DNA of 64,000 nt from Epiperipatus broadwayi. Its lineage: Eukaryota > Animalia > Onychophora. Position numbers and translations under genes: made by a program. How positions within the stretch are numbered: position 1 is the first letter of the stretch; the number at the start of each line of letters is the position of its first letter. The stretch lies in the NCBI GenBank assembly GCA_028023455.1, contig JAQFVV010000001.1, positions 7,688,001 through 7,752,000 on the forward strand, given 5' to 3'. The notes under the pieces are model-generated. The model saw only the letters and a program-made list of their open reading frames with translations, was not told the origin of the DNA and ran no database searches. This document shows positions 50,674 through 64,000 of the stretch, piece by piece.

Positions 50674-52707
50674 CTAATTAAGAATGAAGGATAACTTTGT
50701 AATAATAGTTTACTATAGCCAAATGAAAATTAATATATTTCATAAATAAATCTAATATATATTATTTAACAAAACATTTATTAATAAATGCTGACAAGTT
50801 ATATTTCTGACCTAGAAATGTTACTTTTTTTAAAAAAATATCATTTTTTACTTCTTTTACTAAGCTTAAAATTTACATTCTCAAAGACTACAATAAGCTA
50901 ATATAATTAACAAGTAATCATATTGACATGGAATAATAAAAAATAAAATCAGCTTTAATATTAAGAGAGCTAAAAGCTATATTCTAGAACAATGATTAGT
51001 TAAGAGAGAAATATTCATCCCATCAGTCATAAAAAAATAAAATTAAAATTTTCCTACCTTTATCTGAACCTTAACAAAATGCTGTAAATTAATATTGTTA
51101 ATAATGATAAGATGATATAATGCTAAAAAAATTTGCAAAGAAGTCAATAATGTAGAAAAAGTTATTTTTGCTAGAATTATATATCTGACATGTTAGATCA
51201 TGTTTAAAAATGACCCAGGAGGAGATATATTATATAAAAATTTGATGTAAGTGGCTATATCATTCTCAAGAAATATACTTTCTAAAATGTAGAATTTACC
51301 ATCTTTTACACTAGGGATAAATGACTTAAGATACAATACTATATTGAATATAAAAAGTTGAGAGCTGCAATTTGATCTTTTGATGAGGGAGTAAATATTG
51401 AAAAATATAAAAATTGAGATCATCAGATCTATGATGATTTCTTTTCAAGTGGATAGTAAATAGGTTGTCATCATTTCACGACCATTAATTTCAGGAAGGT
51501 AGTTTTTAATCTAGCTTTAGAGCATGAATAACTTATGATTACAATGAGTTTGTTACACAGATGAATTTATAGGCAATTTATTAAATAAATTACATATTAT
51601 GCAACCATGCTACTATCTGTAACAACATAAACTAGGTTAACAGTCTTGGTTATGGTGCAAGAAAATCAATTTAAAAAAAATTTATGAATGAGATATTGAA
51701 TTTTCTGGTTTAATTGAAGTTTCAGATGAAGCTCAAAGTTGTGTGTGATTTCATTTTACATTTAGTACTGAGGGTAATTTCAATTAATTCTTTGATGGTT
51801 TCTGTAAGGATCATTAAATTTTTTGAAAATACTAAGGGAACAAATTTTGTCTTTTATAGTCTGATAGACTATTGTCAATTATGATAATCTGTATTTCTAT
51901 CCATTGAATAAAGGATGGAAAAGAAATTACGAGAAGCTAACAGCACATCTAAAAGCTTGGGGCAAACAAAAACTTCAAATATGAAAAGTGTTAGGCATTA
52001 TCCTATTATTACTAATAAATGAAGAATTTTATAGTAATAATAAAATATTTTGATAATTTATATGAAAAATGTTTTAATTTTTCATACTTATAAAAAGTAC
52101 TTAGAACATTATTTTTTAATCTTTTAAAGATTTATTAGTTAATGAATTACCATTATTATTAGAAAATAATTTAAAAATGTTTTGAAAACCAATCATTAAC
52201 AGTTTCATTGAAAAATAGATTGATAATTGAGGGAGAACTAGCTGTTAAAATGCTACTGATTTGCTTAATTTAAACTAAGATGTTTAACAATTGTATTTTT
52301 GTATAAAGCCAAAGAATTTATAAGAAATTAAAAATTTTTTTTTTTGCATAACTTTAACAGTACTGAATGCTGCTTTTGATAAAACATTGTTTTGTAATGT
52401 TTTAGACAATGAAGATTTCATTATAATTGAACGTGAAGACTGTTTTTTTTTTAATCTGACAGTGGAAGTTTATATGACATGGGCCTTTTTATGAATTCAT
52501 TTCAGTTGTAAAAACTAGTTTTAAAATAATTTTTTGACATCATAAGGCACTATTACTATAATTCACACTACACACAGATTCCATATTACTTATTCAGAAT
52601 ATGAGTTAAATAATTATTTTAATTAAACTACTTCAATCAAACTGCTACACAAAATAAAACTATTTACAAATTTCTACTAATCAGATAAAAAAAAAAAAAA
52701 GCATTAC

Positions 52708-52821
52708 CCTCACTCTATTTCCAATACTATGAGAACTTTGATCAGCCTTCTCTTGATTTTGGCGCACGTTACTTTTCTGCAAATGTAAAGCTTCCTTCAA
52801 TCTTTTATTTGCAGCTACAGC
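52708..52821 (-). CDS. KIF4: KIF4-like exon ([16 protein letters not shown]...GNRVR), phase 0/0
   Basis: ctttag acceptor, gtaatg donor; 114 nt; AANKRLKxAL motif. Confidence 0.95.
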
Positions 52822-54913
52822 CTAAAGTGTCATAAACAAACATCATATAGTGAACGGATACAAATATAAATATATAATACTACCTAAAGCTATATTGGTA
52901 ATTATAATCAAAACTTTCTTCACAACTATAGTTCTACCTATTAAACAAAGAGCTTCTCAAATGAAAATTATTGAGCAAAACCTACACATAAATACAAGCA
53001 ATGGACAGAAAGAAAATAAAATCTAAAGTAATTGAAATTATAAAAATTATGGAAAAAATAAAATTTTTTTTCATAAAGTTATTTATTTGCAATATTTTCC
53101 CTTGCTTTTAAAGTCTTCTTCAACCTTAAGTCTGATAAAAATAATTTTCTTTTCAGATGTATTTTTGATTTTACAGAATGATGGTTGACAAAATTTTTAA
53201 TTAAGCTTTTTAAAAATTATTTTATTGCTGATGATTTTTCTATGTCCTTTTCTTTTGATGCATTCAATAGAATTAATAGTTTTATTATTGATGAGAATTG
53301 TCTTTGATACTTTAGATATTGAAAATTAAAATGTTATTGTATTTGCTTGTTGCTAAAATTGACGTTATTTGCTTTAACTATTAGAGGATTCTAAGTATTT
53401 TAGATGCAATAATATTAGACAATTTTCTGTTTTTAAAAGTTATTTGTAGATAATTGTTTGTTATTGATAAAAATTAATTCAAGGATTTTTTTATTGCATA
53501 GAAAGGTTCTGATTCTAATATCAAATTTACTATTTAGAGGAGTATTTTGAATTTTATTAAATTAAAATTTTTAGAGTTAATTCTTTTATTACACATAAAA
53601 ATTTAAGAAATATGATAAAACTTGAAAATTATCAGCATTTTATTCATAATTTCTATTATAGTAATAAAAGACTTAATAATTTTCCAAGTGTTACTTTAAT
53701 TCAAAGAAAATAATTTAATAATGATCATACTGATTTAAGTTACCCTCATGATTTTTGCTGTCCCTTGAAACAGCAAGTAAATAAATGACAAAGGCAGAAT
53801 TGAGATGGTAAGCTAATAGTTTAATTTAAGTAACATATGAGAATAATTACAAGTATACATAACCTATTTAAGATGCATGAAAATAATAAAAGGTTATGGT
53901 GACCTACACATAATAAACCCTAGTTCTGCTTTTTGACTTACAGAGGCAGGAGTCTCTGAATTACATTAATACCAGAACCCATATACCAGGTTCTGGGAGT
54001 TTATATACCCCTCAAGACATCTAGAATCTTTAAAAACTTTACCAAATATGGCATTTTTTTTACATATATATGGTATTTGTTACGTACCTCACCATGTATG
54101 GTGTTTTTTACAGTTCTCTGACCTTATAAGGCCAGGTATGCAACTCTATGACCTAACAATATTGCTACACATTTCTTGTTACACAGTTATTTATATATTC
54201 ATTATATATAATTATTTCACATAATCATTACACATAATTATTGTACAAAGTTATTATTTCATTCTACACAATTATTATATATATTTTTTATACATTTATT
54301 GTTTCACATATGTATATATTTCTTGCTTGACTTTGAATCCTGCAATTTTATTAAAAGTATTATATTTAATAAGAATAATTATAATTTTGATTTAAAAAAT
54401 TTTCATAATAATAATAACAATAAAGATTTTTTTTTTTTGTCTTTTAATTCATCAATTTATAAATTGATTAATGAGGATTACTTGAAAAAAAAAAACATAA
54501 GTTAAATTTCATTATTAAATAATTCTAGTCTACTTATAGTAAAAGCATTCTATGAATTTGAATCTTTATGAAAGAGTAAAGTTCATAAAAATAGTTAAAG
54601 AGATATTTTAGTTCAGTTTTATATATTCACGAACATAATACTGGTCATATATTTAGATAATACATAGGTCATCAATTATGAAGGCAGTGAAATAAAAGTA
54701 TTAATTTGACAAAGATCTTTTTGATTAATCTGTTTTGTTTCTGAGATTATCAATCATGTTAGGACTTCTTTTAATATTCACTAGTTTTCTTTTGAGAAGA
54801 TCTATTTGCTTAATAGCTGAAGTTATAGTTATAAATAAAATTTTATAATTTTACTACCATATTTATTATTATTATAATTATTTTATTATAAAATACATAT
54901 ATCATCCACTTAC

Positions 54914-54997
54914 TTCTTCAATTTTTCGCCTAAAAACTTGTTGCTGTTTTTCGTGAATTTGTTCCAGTTTTACTAATGCAAACTGCCTTTTACGATC
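54914..54997 (-). CDS. KIF4: KIF4-like exon (DRKRQFALVKLEQIHEKQQQVFRRKIEE), phase 0/0
   Basis: ttttag acceptor, gtaagt donor; 84 nt; matches KIF4A DRKRQ...LRRKTEE. Confidence 0.95.
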
Positions 54998-56133
54998 CTA
55001 AAAAATATAATTACAAATCATTATCTAAAACTTAAAATAAAGAAAAATATAATAAATAAAGAAAAATTATATCAAACAAGTAAAATTATAAGGACGTTAA
55101 ATATAATTGCCTTTGAACTCTGCAATAGTTTAAAAAAATCAAGCATAGTTAGAAAGTCATCCTATTGTGATCCAGCAAAAGTAAACTACATCTATCAAAC
55201 TAACCTTTTTGATTATTAATTATCAGATGATATAAGTCTAAATTAATAACAAATTATCAACAATCTTTTATAACAAAAAACAAAAGTGACTCATTATTTT
55301 TAAAATACATCTAAACTCTAATGAAAATCTTAAAAAACTGTTTATTCATTTTTGATTTTTAAAATCTAAATTGTCTAAGTTTTTAACTTTCATAATGAAA
55401 CCTTCAATTGAGGTGAAATAATTTAATTTTTCTGATTAAAAAATATCAAATTTAATCCAGATTTTTGCAATTTGGCACAATTAGCTTTTTGAATGCAATG
55501 CGAATAATCTGGCAAAAAAAAAAAAAATTCTATTTCATTTGAACTTATTTTGTTTTTATAATATTTATTTTATTTGTTTTTATTATATGCAGAATCCACA
55601 GAATTATACAATTAAAAAGTACCAGATCACAATAAAGGCAGAATTAAGACAGGATGTTCTGCTATTAATAAGTAAATTAGGACTTTTTCATTCATGAAAC
55701 ATATACCACAATGACAAATTTACATATTATTATTTGTACAGATCAGAACTTATTTTAAAGTAATATTATCTTATTACCAAAAACATTTATAAATAAAATT
55801 AAAAAAATAATAAAGTAATTATAAGAATAACAACCATTTTACACTTTCTTGTATTTGATTTTTGTTGATAAAAAATAAAGAAATAAATTTTTATTGCTAT
55901 AATATATTAAATTTATCACATCTTTGAATATGTTTTATAAATCTCATACTATTTTAAATTTATATATAAAGCAAGTATAAAATATTTGAAACATTATATG
56001 TTAAAAAAATTTTTTTTTTTACCAAAAGATTAGTTTTTCAAACTAAAAAATTATTTTCTTTCATCTCATTAAAGAGTAAGATAAACTTAAATAAAGAGCT
56101 TTGCTAGTTGCTCAACAAGCTTTGTGATAAATG

Positions 56134-56232
56134 CTTAGCGGGAGAAAACCTTTAAAATATCTCTATCAGAAACCACATCCAAACCCCAGACCAACAGTTT
56201 CGTGTTTTGACACTCCTCAATGAAGCGCTAAG
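56134..56232 (-). ncRNA. Type I minimal hammerhead-ribozyme-like motif (C3U variant), sense within a KIF4 intron
   Basis: CTTCA-TTGAGGA-GTGT(CAAA)ACAC-GAAAC-TGTTG-GTC-TGGGG at 56225-56184, plus a distal 7-bp helix CTTAGCG/CGCTAAG. Confidence 0.55.
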
Positions 56233-57396
56233 ATAGTTTCAGACATTAGACCTAAAAATACCAACCCAAAACCAACATTTATCTAAGAGTTAACCATTGA
56301 GTAGAAAATCTAAAATTTTCAGACATTTAAATGTCTTCAAACCCAGATATCTAAACTCAAATAGCTATATGGGGCTGAGAGATCTTCAGCCAAACCATAC
56401 ATTAGTAGTATTAGCAATATAACATCATTTAAAACTTAAAGCAAAGACTATAAATAGTCAATAAAAAATAGACATACATCACATGACCCTATTTCTTTAA
56501 GACAAACCTAAAATTAGTTTTCATATGTTTAAACTAAATTATTCAATTTTGAATAATAAATACATTTTTAGAATATTTTGCTTGCAGTTTCTGCATATTA
56601 TACATACATATACTTATGTAATATTATAAATACTATAAAAATATTGTAATAGTTTATATTTTCTTTTATTTTATGTATACCACAATTTTCTATATTAATA
56701 CTGAACACATTGACATTGTGTAAAGAAAATGATCTTACACAGAGGGCCATTTTTTCCATCAATCATTAATTAAATATTGCTAATTACTTTCATAACTAAG
56801 AACTGATTAAAAAAAATCATTATAACGAAGTGACATTTATCTTATCAATTTTTTACTTCTTTTACTCTTAATCAACAATGTTCACTTTTTCTCTTTACAT
56901 CTGACCCAAGTATTTTGCTGTATGAACTTTGATCAAATTATGCTGTCCAGAATACTGACAAGAGTACTTATTAATTTTTCACCACATTAATAATCATCTA
57001 CAGATTTTTATATATACAAAAACCTTTGTAACATATATACTGAACCAGAATGTTGTGGTATGTAAGTTTGAAACCTAGATATTGATATTAATAAAAGTTA
57101 AAAGAACATTTTCTTTAATAAAGAAGATTTTCAAATTGTTTTTTATTATAATGGAATGACAATCACAGTACAGATAGTGGGTCATTTATCATTTATTCAG
57201 TAGTGGAACTCAAATAATATATGATATAGGAAGGAAATCATTTATACTTCAATATAGTAGCATTGGTTTTTTTTACATCCTCTGATGCACTTTTTAAATA
57301 TAATTAAACATATCACCAATAATTAACATATTTAATTTTCATACTATATATCTATTAAACAAATAAATTTAAAATGGATTTTGTTTAATGCAGTAC

Positions 57397-57507
57397 CTGT
57401 TGCTTGAGACGCAGCACTTCTCGATCTTTATCTTGTTTCCATTTTTGAAACTTAGAGGCTTCTTCACGCATTTGACGAATTAATTTCACCCTAGCATGCC
57501 TCATATT
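57397..57507 (-). CDS. KIF4: KIF4-like exon ([37 protein letters not shown]), phase 0/0
   Basis: ttttag acceptor at 57508-57510, gtactg donor at 57396; 111 nt open; matches the KIF4A [20 protein letters not shown] region. Confidence 0.93.
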
Positions 57508-58178
57508 CTAAAACATATTTATAATCATACCACATTTTTACAAAAACATACAAACACAATTATTATAAATTAAAAATTCAATTATATAATATTAAAATAT
57601 TTTATATAACTGTCAATATGTGTAAACAAGACTTATAGAAGCAAAGAACGAGCAAAAAATAATTCTTTTTAATTTTATTTTTTTAAAAATACCATATCAC
57701 AGTCTAATTTATGAATGGAGAATAAGAATTTAACATTGATAAATATAAAAAAAAAAACTGTAGAACTAAAAAGCCAATGATTTTTTGAAATCAGTTTAAT
57801 AGTAAATCTATTTTCATCACTTTTTTCCTATATCTATTTTTTTAAAGAATGCATAAGTTTTGAGATATGGAGGTATAATTTTATTCTAAGTAGTCATCTA
57901 ATTTTTATTTTCTTAAATATTATTCACAAAAACACATTTATTTAGAAAATACATTAAGTAAATAAAAAAGAATATAATTGTAGACCATCACATTTCATTA
58001 AACTAATTAAGAACATTATAACACTATGTGAAAAAAATAAAGACAGCACACGAGACAAATGTCATAAGAACATATTTTTAAAAGATTCACTTTTTAGTAA
58101 GTCATAAGTCAAGAAAAGAATAAGTTTAAGTTGTAGGCACAGACATTAACCATTTTATTAATGTTAAATGATCTAATG

Positions 58179-58702
58179 CAGTGGTCTTCAACCTTTTCAC
58201 ACCTGCGGACCGGTAAAAATAAGGATAAGGTTTTGCGGACCAGCAAAAATAAGGATAAGATTTCGCAGACTGGCAGAAGTCTATAGATAAATTTTCTTAA
58301 AGATAAGCATAATTGTTATAACTGATCAAAACAACAATGTTAAATATATAAGATAAAATTTTATATATATATGGAGTTTATATAATAAAAAACTTTTTTT
58401 AAAATTTTTTTAGAAAAGTAATAAAAAATTTAATTCTACCCCCCCCCCCCCAAATAAACATCTGTGATAACTAGAAAAACAAATTAATTTATGAATGATT
58501 GATTAGATTTTGTTTTCGTTCTGTTTTCTTTTTTTTTTAATTGTGTAAAAATGAGATGAAAAAATAAATAAAAATTGGCTATATTAATTAAAAGTTTAAA
58601 CTCTTATTATTTATTATTACAAACTTTTTACTGCCCGTCTAGCACACGGACCTGCAGAAAAGTTCCACGGCCCGGTGCCAGACCGTGGGTTGAAGAACAC
58701 TG
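58179..58702. mobile_element. hAT-superfamily MITE, 524 bp
   Basis: TIR CAGTG(G/T)TCTTCAACC (14/15 match); perfect 8-bp TSD ATCTAATG (58171-58178 and 58703-58710). Confidence 0.92.
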
Positions 58703-61700
58703 ATCTAATGTATAAATAAATTTGCATCCTGAATTTACGATATGAAAAATTTAGATGAAAGTGAAAAAAGCTAGGTACAGTTGAAAAGATTATCTAGATG
58801 ATGATAAGTACAAAAATTATATTACAACACTTTTTGGATGATCAATCCCAGTCATTCAAAGAGAAATCATTAATTAACAACCCAGATGACAATCAATCAA
58901 ATCTAATTTTTATATAGCATGCTAATAGCAGCAAGATTATAATTACAAAATCATAAGTAAGTTCCTTTCATCCTAACCAAAGATACATGTATCATCATAT
59001 GGAAGGAGGAATCTAAATTTCAAATGACAGTCATAACAAATTGATAATAAAAATATGAGACAAATATTATTAATATGCATGTTAATATTAACAGTCTGAA
59101 TTTTAGATTATTTCTTAGAAGTCTACCTAATTAAGTTTTGGATTATGCAGAGAAGTAGAAAGTCTAATAAAATTATGAATGAAAAGATTAATAATAAACT
59201 TGTTTAATTTATATATAAATATGTAATAAGTAATAACTACTGAATAGCTTTCCATGTTGCTTAAGATAGGTGTTTTATTTCATATAGAATATAAAACACA
59301 CCAACCAATGCAACTCTCAACAATTATGTAAAAGTAAAAATAACAATATAATAAACTAAAAACGAAAGGCATTTAGAATGGATTACACAGACAGATATTT
59401 AAAAAAAACCCATTGTTTTTCACCAAATGTAAGATTGCTAAAATAACAGTGTCAACTTTTAGATGACTGCAGCCATTTATTATTGTAAAATTTTTCAACA
59501 TAATCTTAGATTCAGAAAAATAAATGAGTGAACATTTATAAATAATTTATATTTATATTAACTTGTTTACCATAACAGGTACCATATTGAATTTTTATAA
59601 ATTTAGTTCTATTACTAAATTTCACAATAAGATCAGTTTATTAGATGCAAGATGAAATATATTTGGCCACAAAGCTAACATATCTAATAAAGCAGAAAAA
59701 ATATGGTTATCATCATCATTATGAAAAAAAACCCCAAACAAAAACATTTCTATAATCATTAATTTTGTAATTATTCATAAATTATAAATTTTGATAGTAT
59801 AATAGATATTCAATAATTCTCTTTATGATTTGTTAACTGTTACATTTTAGTAAAATAGTTTTATTATTTCTTTCTCAAATGTAAACTCACACAAAATTTT
59901 AATCATTATCATTTGATTCTTAATCTTTAAAGTTAAGTTTACTAAGGCTAAAACTCAAAATGACTTAGTACTTATTAATTTTCTACCAGTTCCCTAATAA
60001 TATGTGATAAACATGTCCTCCTCCCCAAATCGATAAATATTATTCCCATCATTATCATTAATAATCACATGAATACAAATGTATCCATCTTAATTTGATA
60101 AGAAAGAGAAGGTAGATAAACAAAGACAGAAAGGCAAAGAATTGTCACATAGTAAAGGAAGTAATCAATTGCAGGAAAAGCTCATAACTGGGCCTTATTC
60201 TATTTTAATTGTTTGAAGATAGTAAAATGTAAAAAAAAAAAAAATAAAGAGAAGATTAAGTAAATATTAAATAAAACAGTAGATGTAATATAACTATTAT
60301 TGCTTCCTATACAGCAATATCTTCATAACTGTCATCTTCACATTTAACTGTAATCCAATCTTTTCACTTCTTTAAATTTTCAAATTTCATCATACAATCA
60401 GTTTAAAATTAAAATGAAAACTTTAAATGTAACATGAAAGAATAAATTATTTAAATATTAGACGATGCAATAAATTGTTTTCAACTGTTTATATTGACAA
60501 ATTATAATTAAAAAGTGTAAATACATATCAATAACAACATACATGTGCAATTTGTATATGTGGACACAAACATGCACACACAAGCAATTTTTTGACAGAC
60601 TGCTGACTCATCTTTTCAATTTTTTTTTTTTTAAAATAATAGAAATATAATTTTAATTCAGAAAAATAATTTTGACAAAATTCATTAGAGCCTTTATAAA
60701 TTTTCATATTTTATTATAGAAATGTTACTCTTAGTTATAGAGAATATAGAAAAATGTAAATATTTACCACATTTTCTCCATTATTTATTTTAAATTTGGG
60801 ATAAAATATCTTCTGCTACTATTGAAAAGCTTATTAAATATTTTTTTATAAAATGCCATATATTATTTATCTATTAATTCAAATGAACTTATTGTTTTGA
60901 ATAAAGCTGGCTCTGTGTTTGACAAACTGGTTAAAGAACAAATATACCCATAATAATGAGCTTACCAAAATGGTAGCATTTTAAATAACAGAACATTCAA
61001 CATAACAACAGATTTAAATGTCACATATTCATTTAAAAAAAAAAGTCAAGCTAATGGTCCTATCCCTTAAAAATAAAAAAACACACACTAGCTTTTAAAC
61101 ATTTATATAAGAATAAATAACATTAAAGATACATAATGACATAATTGTCAAGAAAATTTCTTAAAAAAAAAAAAAAAACTAAAATATTAAATGCTAGTAT
61201 ACATGAGCCTATCTATTTAGCATTATTAATTCTTTATTACTAATTTCAACCAGCACATAAATAACTAACTATTGCTTAAATACGTAATATTTAAGATTAT
61301 AATCGTATAACAGAATACTCTCATTCCAAATACATTATAAGAATTATTTTGCAGGCAGACTCATAATGAGTTATTTTAACAAACTTGCAAATATAATTCT
61401 AAGCTTTTGTCAGACTGAATGAATTGGGCATTGATAAATGAAAAGTAAAATTGAATTTGAAAGTTTATTAACATGACTCGTTATGAGACTTCCTGCAAAA
61501 AAACCGAGTAACTTATATGAAACAAGTGTTCTGCGATATGAATTAATTCTTTATTAAATATAAAACTTTTTTCTATATAATGAAAAAATTAATATCAACA
61601 ATTTATTTCCAATTTCCTGAGAATAATATTATTCAAAAAAGTTTATTAAAAAAATACAATCACCATAAATTTTTTTAGAAATCTCTTAAAAGAACCAATG

Positions 61701-61770
61701 ACAAATAATATCTGATATTTTAACAACTCTCAACAATAGTAACAGCAATTCTTAAAATTAAATAACATAT

Positions 61771-62550
61771 TATAACGATCCAGAGAAAGTGAAGATCGAA
61801 TCTAACCGCAATCTGCACTACAGGGGCGCCATTTAGGCATTTGAACCTAGAAAAATTTATAAAGTAGGAAGATTACGCTCTGTTAAGATTCCACTTTATT
61901 TAAATATTTAGACCGTTAGCCCATTGTCATTAGCTCATGGAGACGCAGAGATAAGAAATAACTTGTTTAGTTTTATCTTTTCTAACCTCCCTCCTTTTAA
62001 TCAATTATTTTCTAACTTTTATTTCAAACTCCTTTACGAAAATAAACTGTCATAAACTCTTCAACATTTAAATACGTTTTTCTTTTAAGAAAGATTATTT
62101 TAATAATTTTTTTAGATAAATTAGTATGTGCCAATTTCAATATTGGTACATTAAGTTATAACGATCCGGAGAAAGTGAAGATCGAATCTAACCGCAATCT
62201 GCACTACAGGGGCGCCATCTAGGCATTTGAACCTAGAAAAATTTATAAAGTAGGCAGATTACGCTCTGTTAAGATTCCACTTTATTTAAATATTTAGACC
62301 GTTAGCCCATTGTCACTAGCTCATGGAGACGCAGAGATAAGAAATAACTTGTTTAGTTTTATCTTTTCTAACCAAAACTCCCCCTCCCTCCTTTTAATCA
62401 ATTATTTTCTAACTTTTATTTCAAACTCCTTTACGAAAATAAACTGTCATAAACTCTTCAACATTTAAATACGTTTTTCTTTTACGAAAGATTATTTTAA
62501 TAATTTTTTTAGATAAATTAGTATGTGCCAATTTCAATATTGGTACATTA
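61771..62550 (-). mobile_element. Two head-to-tail copies (~385-395 bp) of the 3' end of the solo-LTR family
   Basis: Units start at 61771 and 62157 with tataacgatcc; reverse complement matches 4415-4611; outer flank is ATAT. Confidence 0.85.
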
Positions 62551-62660
62551 TATATATTGCTTATAATAACTTATTTCATATACACTTCAATGCAAACAAA
62601 TTGTCTTAAAAAACTTCTTTATTTTCCTTAAAGTTTCAACTGTCCAGCAGTCTTCATCAG
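62551..62660 (-). mobile_element. Second copy of the ~110-bp repeat bearing a hammerhead-like core (core 62633-62660)
   Basis: Reverse complement aligns with 6001-6110; CTGATGA-A-GACTG(CTGGA)CAGTT-GAAAC. Confidence 0.6.
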
Positions 62661-62699
62661 AACTATAATATTTGAATAATATAAATACATAACCATCAC

Positions 62700-63170
62700 T
62701 TCACATATATATAAAATATACACATACACCCCCTACATACACATATAGATCCACATCACCCATAGACATATATATATAAAATCCATACCTAGGTCTATAT
62801 ATACATATGCATATCCAAATATATACCCATATACCCTTTAAACATACATATATATATATACACACACATACACTACAGACATATATATACAAATCTACAT
62901 ATACATATATAAATACACATCCATATATATACACAACTTACACATGAATTACATATATATAAAATATACAAAAATATATCCAATTCACAATTTTTTAAAA
63001 TTATTACTTTTTAAAAACTATTTTATTTTTACTTTTAATTTTTAAAAATCTTTAAAAAATTCTTTTAAATATTACCCTTTTATTATTTCTTTATTATTAT
63101 TATTTTATAATTTTCCTTTCATATGCATATCCAAATATATACACATATATCATTTAAACATACATATATA
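62700..63170. repeat. AC/AT-rich low-complexity tract with an internal duplication
   Basis: atatgcatatccaaatatatac..tttaaacatacatatatat at ~62805 and ~63120; explains ORF 62701..62934. Confidence 0.7.
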
Positions 63171-64000
63171 TTGTGCCCTTTTCTATAGATCAGTAATAGT
63201 TTATAACAGTCAATTACTAAAAAATTTTAAATTTAGAATATGTTCTTTTAATACATTAATTATATTAAGTCAATTATATCTTTAAAGTAGAATTGAAGCT
63301 AAAGAGAATATGTAGTATATAAAATCATTTAAAAATAGTTATATAAAGCTTAAAATATTGTTTCATATGGTTGTAAAAGCTAGCCATATTAAATAACACA
63401 GCTGTAAATAATTAAAAGTATATTTAATAAATTCGATTTTAATAGTTTAAAACTTATAGTTAATAAATACAGTGTTTAAATTTATAATCATATTTAATAA
63501 ACAAAAATTAATATGGTATATTTTTAAAATAAACTTTGTGATGGTGAAAATTATATCTAATTCTATATTTTCTAAATTATTCTTCCAAATTTTTTATAAT
63601 TATATTATATAATATAATAAGTGTATCAATTTTATTACTTTAGACAGAGAAATAGATTGAAAATCGTCTAAATTGTAATCACGTGATTGTTTTAATGTAT
63701 ACTATCACACACTGCTTGTTTGAATTAATAACAAAGTTTAAAATATTTTAAAAGTTATATTATAGAATTGGATAGAATTATTGCCTATCATAAAAACAAA
63801 TAATAATAAATATTAAGTTAACTATCATATGTAATGTTTAAATAGTTTTAATAAAATAATAATTTATTTAAAATTAATACGTTAAATAATATTTGGGTTT
63901 ATTGCGTCATCATTTTATTTTTCAAATATAATTCTGCTATAAATTGAAAATCTGTAGATTTGTTTTCAAGTGGGGTAAGAATTGACCAATAAAAAATAGG

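Larger units (their letters stand above)
8332..57507 (-). other. KIF4: Partial gene span: chromosome-associated kinesin KIF4/Klp3A-like (coiled-coil stalk and tail; 12 exons in window, 5' part outside window)
   Basis: 12 GT-AG exons join in consistent phase (1272 nt, 424 codons). The translation follows KIF4A as I recall it: [93 protein letters not shown]. Confidence 0.93.

Noticed and set aside
62701-62934. 77-aa ORF rich in Y/V/I/C
   Set aside because: Translation of AC/AT low-complexity sequence.
57508-64000. Next upstream KIF4 exon
   Set aside because: No candidate with the expected sequence and splice sites found; presumably beyond the window end.

Overview
AT-rich eukaryotic (arthropod-like; species not assignable from sequence alone) genomic DNA. 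The backbone is the 3' half of a KIF4/Klp3A-type chromokinesin gene on the minus strand. It has 12 phase-consistent GT-AG exons from 57507 down to about 8347 (424 codons of coiled coil and tail); the motor-domain exons must lie beyond 64000. The ORF track shows only one of these exons. The introns are inflated by transposons: (i) a young, apparently intact 8.2-kb Ty3/Gypsy element with ~1.8-kb LTRs, a tRNA-Lys-like PBS and a single 1233-aa Gag-Pol ORF, in sense with the host; (ii) an older, CpG-eroded 4.4-kb Mag-clade Gypsy element with 233-bp LTRs; (iii) 2.1-2.3-kb solo LTRs with TSDs, and a tandem pair of LTR ends; (iv) RTE LINE remnants, Tc1/pogo-type and hAT MITEs, foldback elements and tRNA-derived SINE units; (v) four hammerhead-ribozyme-like cores of the Penelope/retrozyme type. 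The most interesting signals are a U3-terminal TGTAACG..CGTTACA hairpin shared by two long-LTR families, a nearly complete hammerhead in sense within a host intron, reciprocal CpG decay in the Mag element, module swapping between solo LTRs, and a capsid-only Gag. One LTR half looks like an assembly artefact. All alignments were done by eye.
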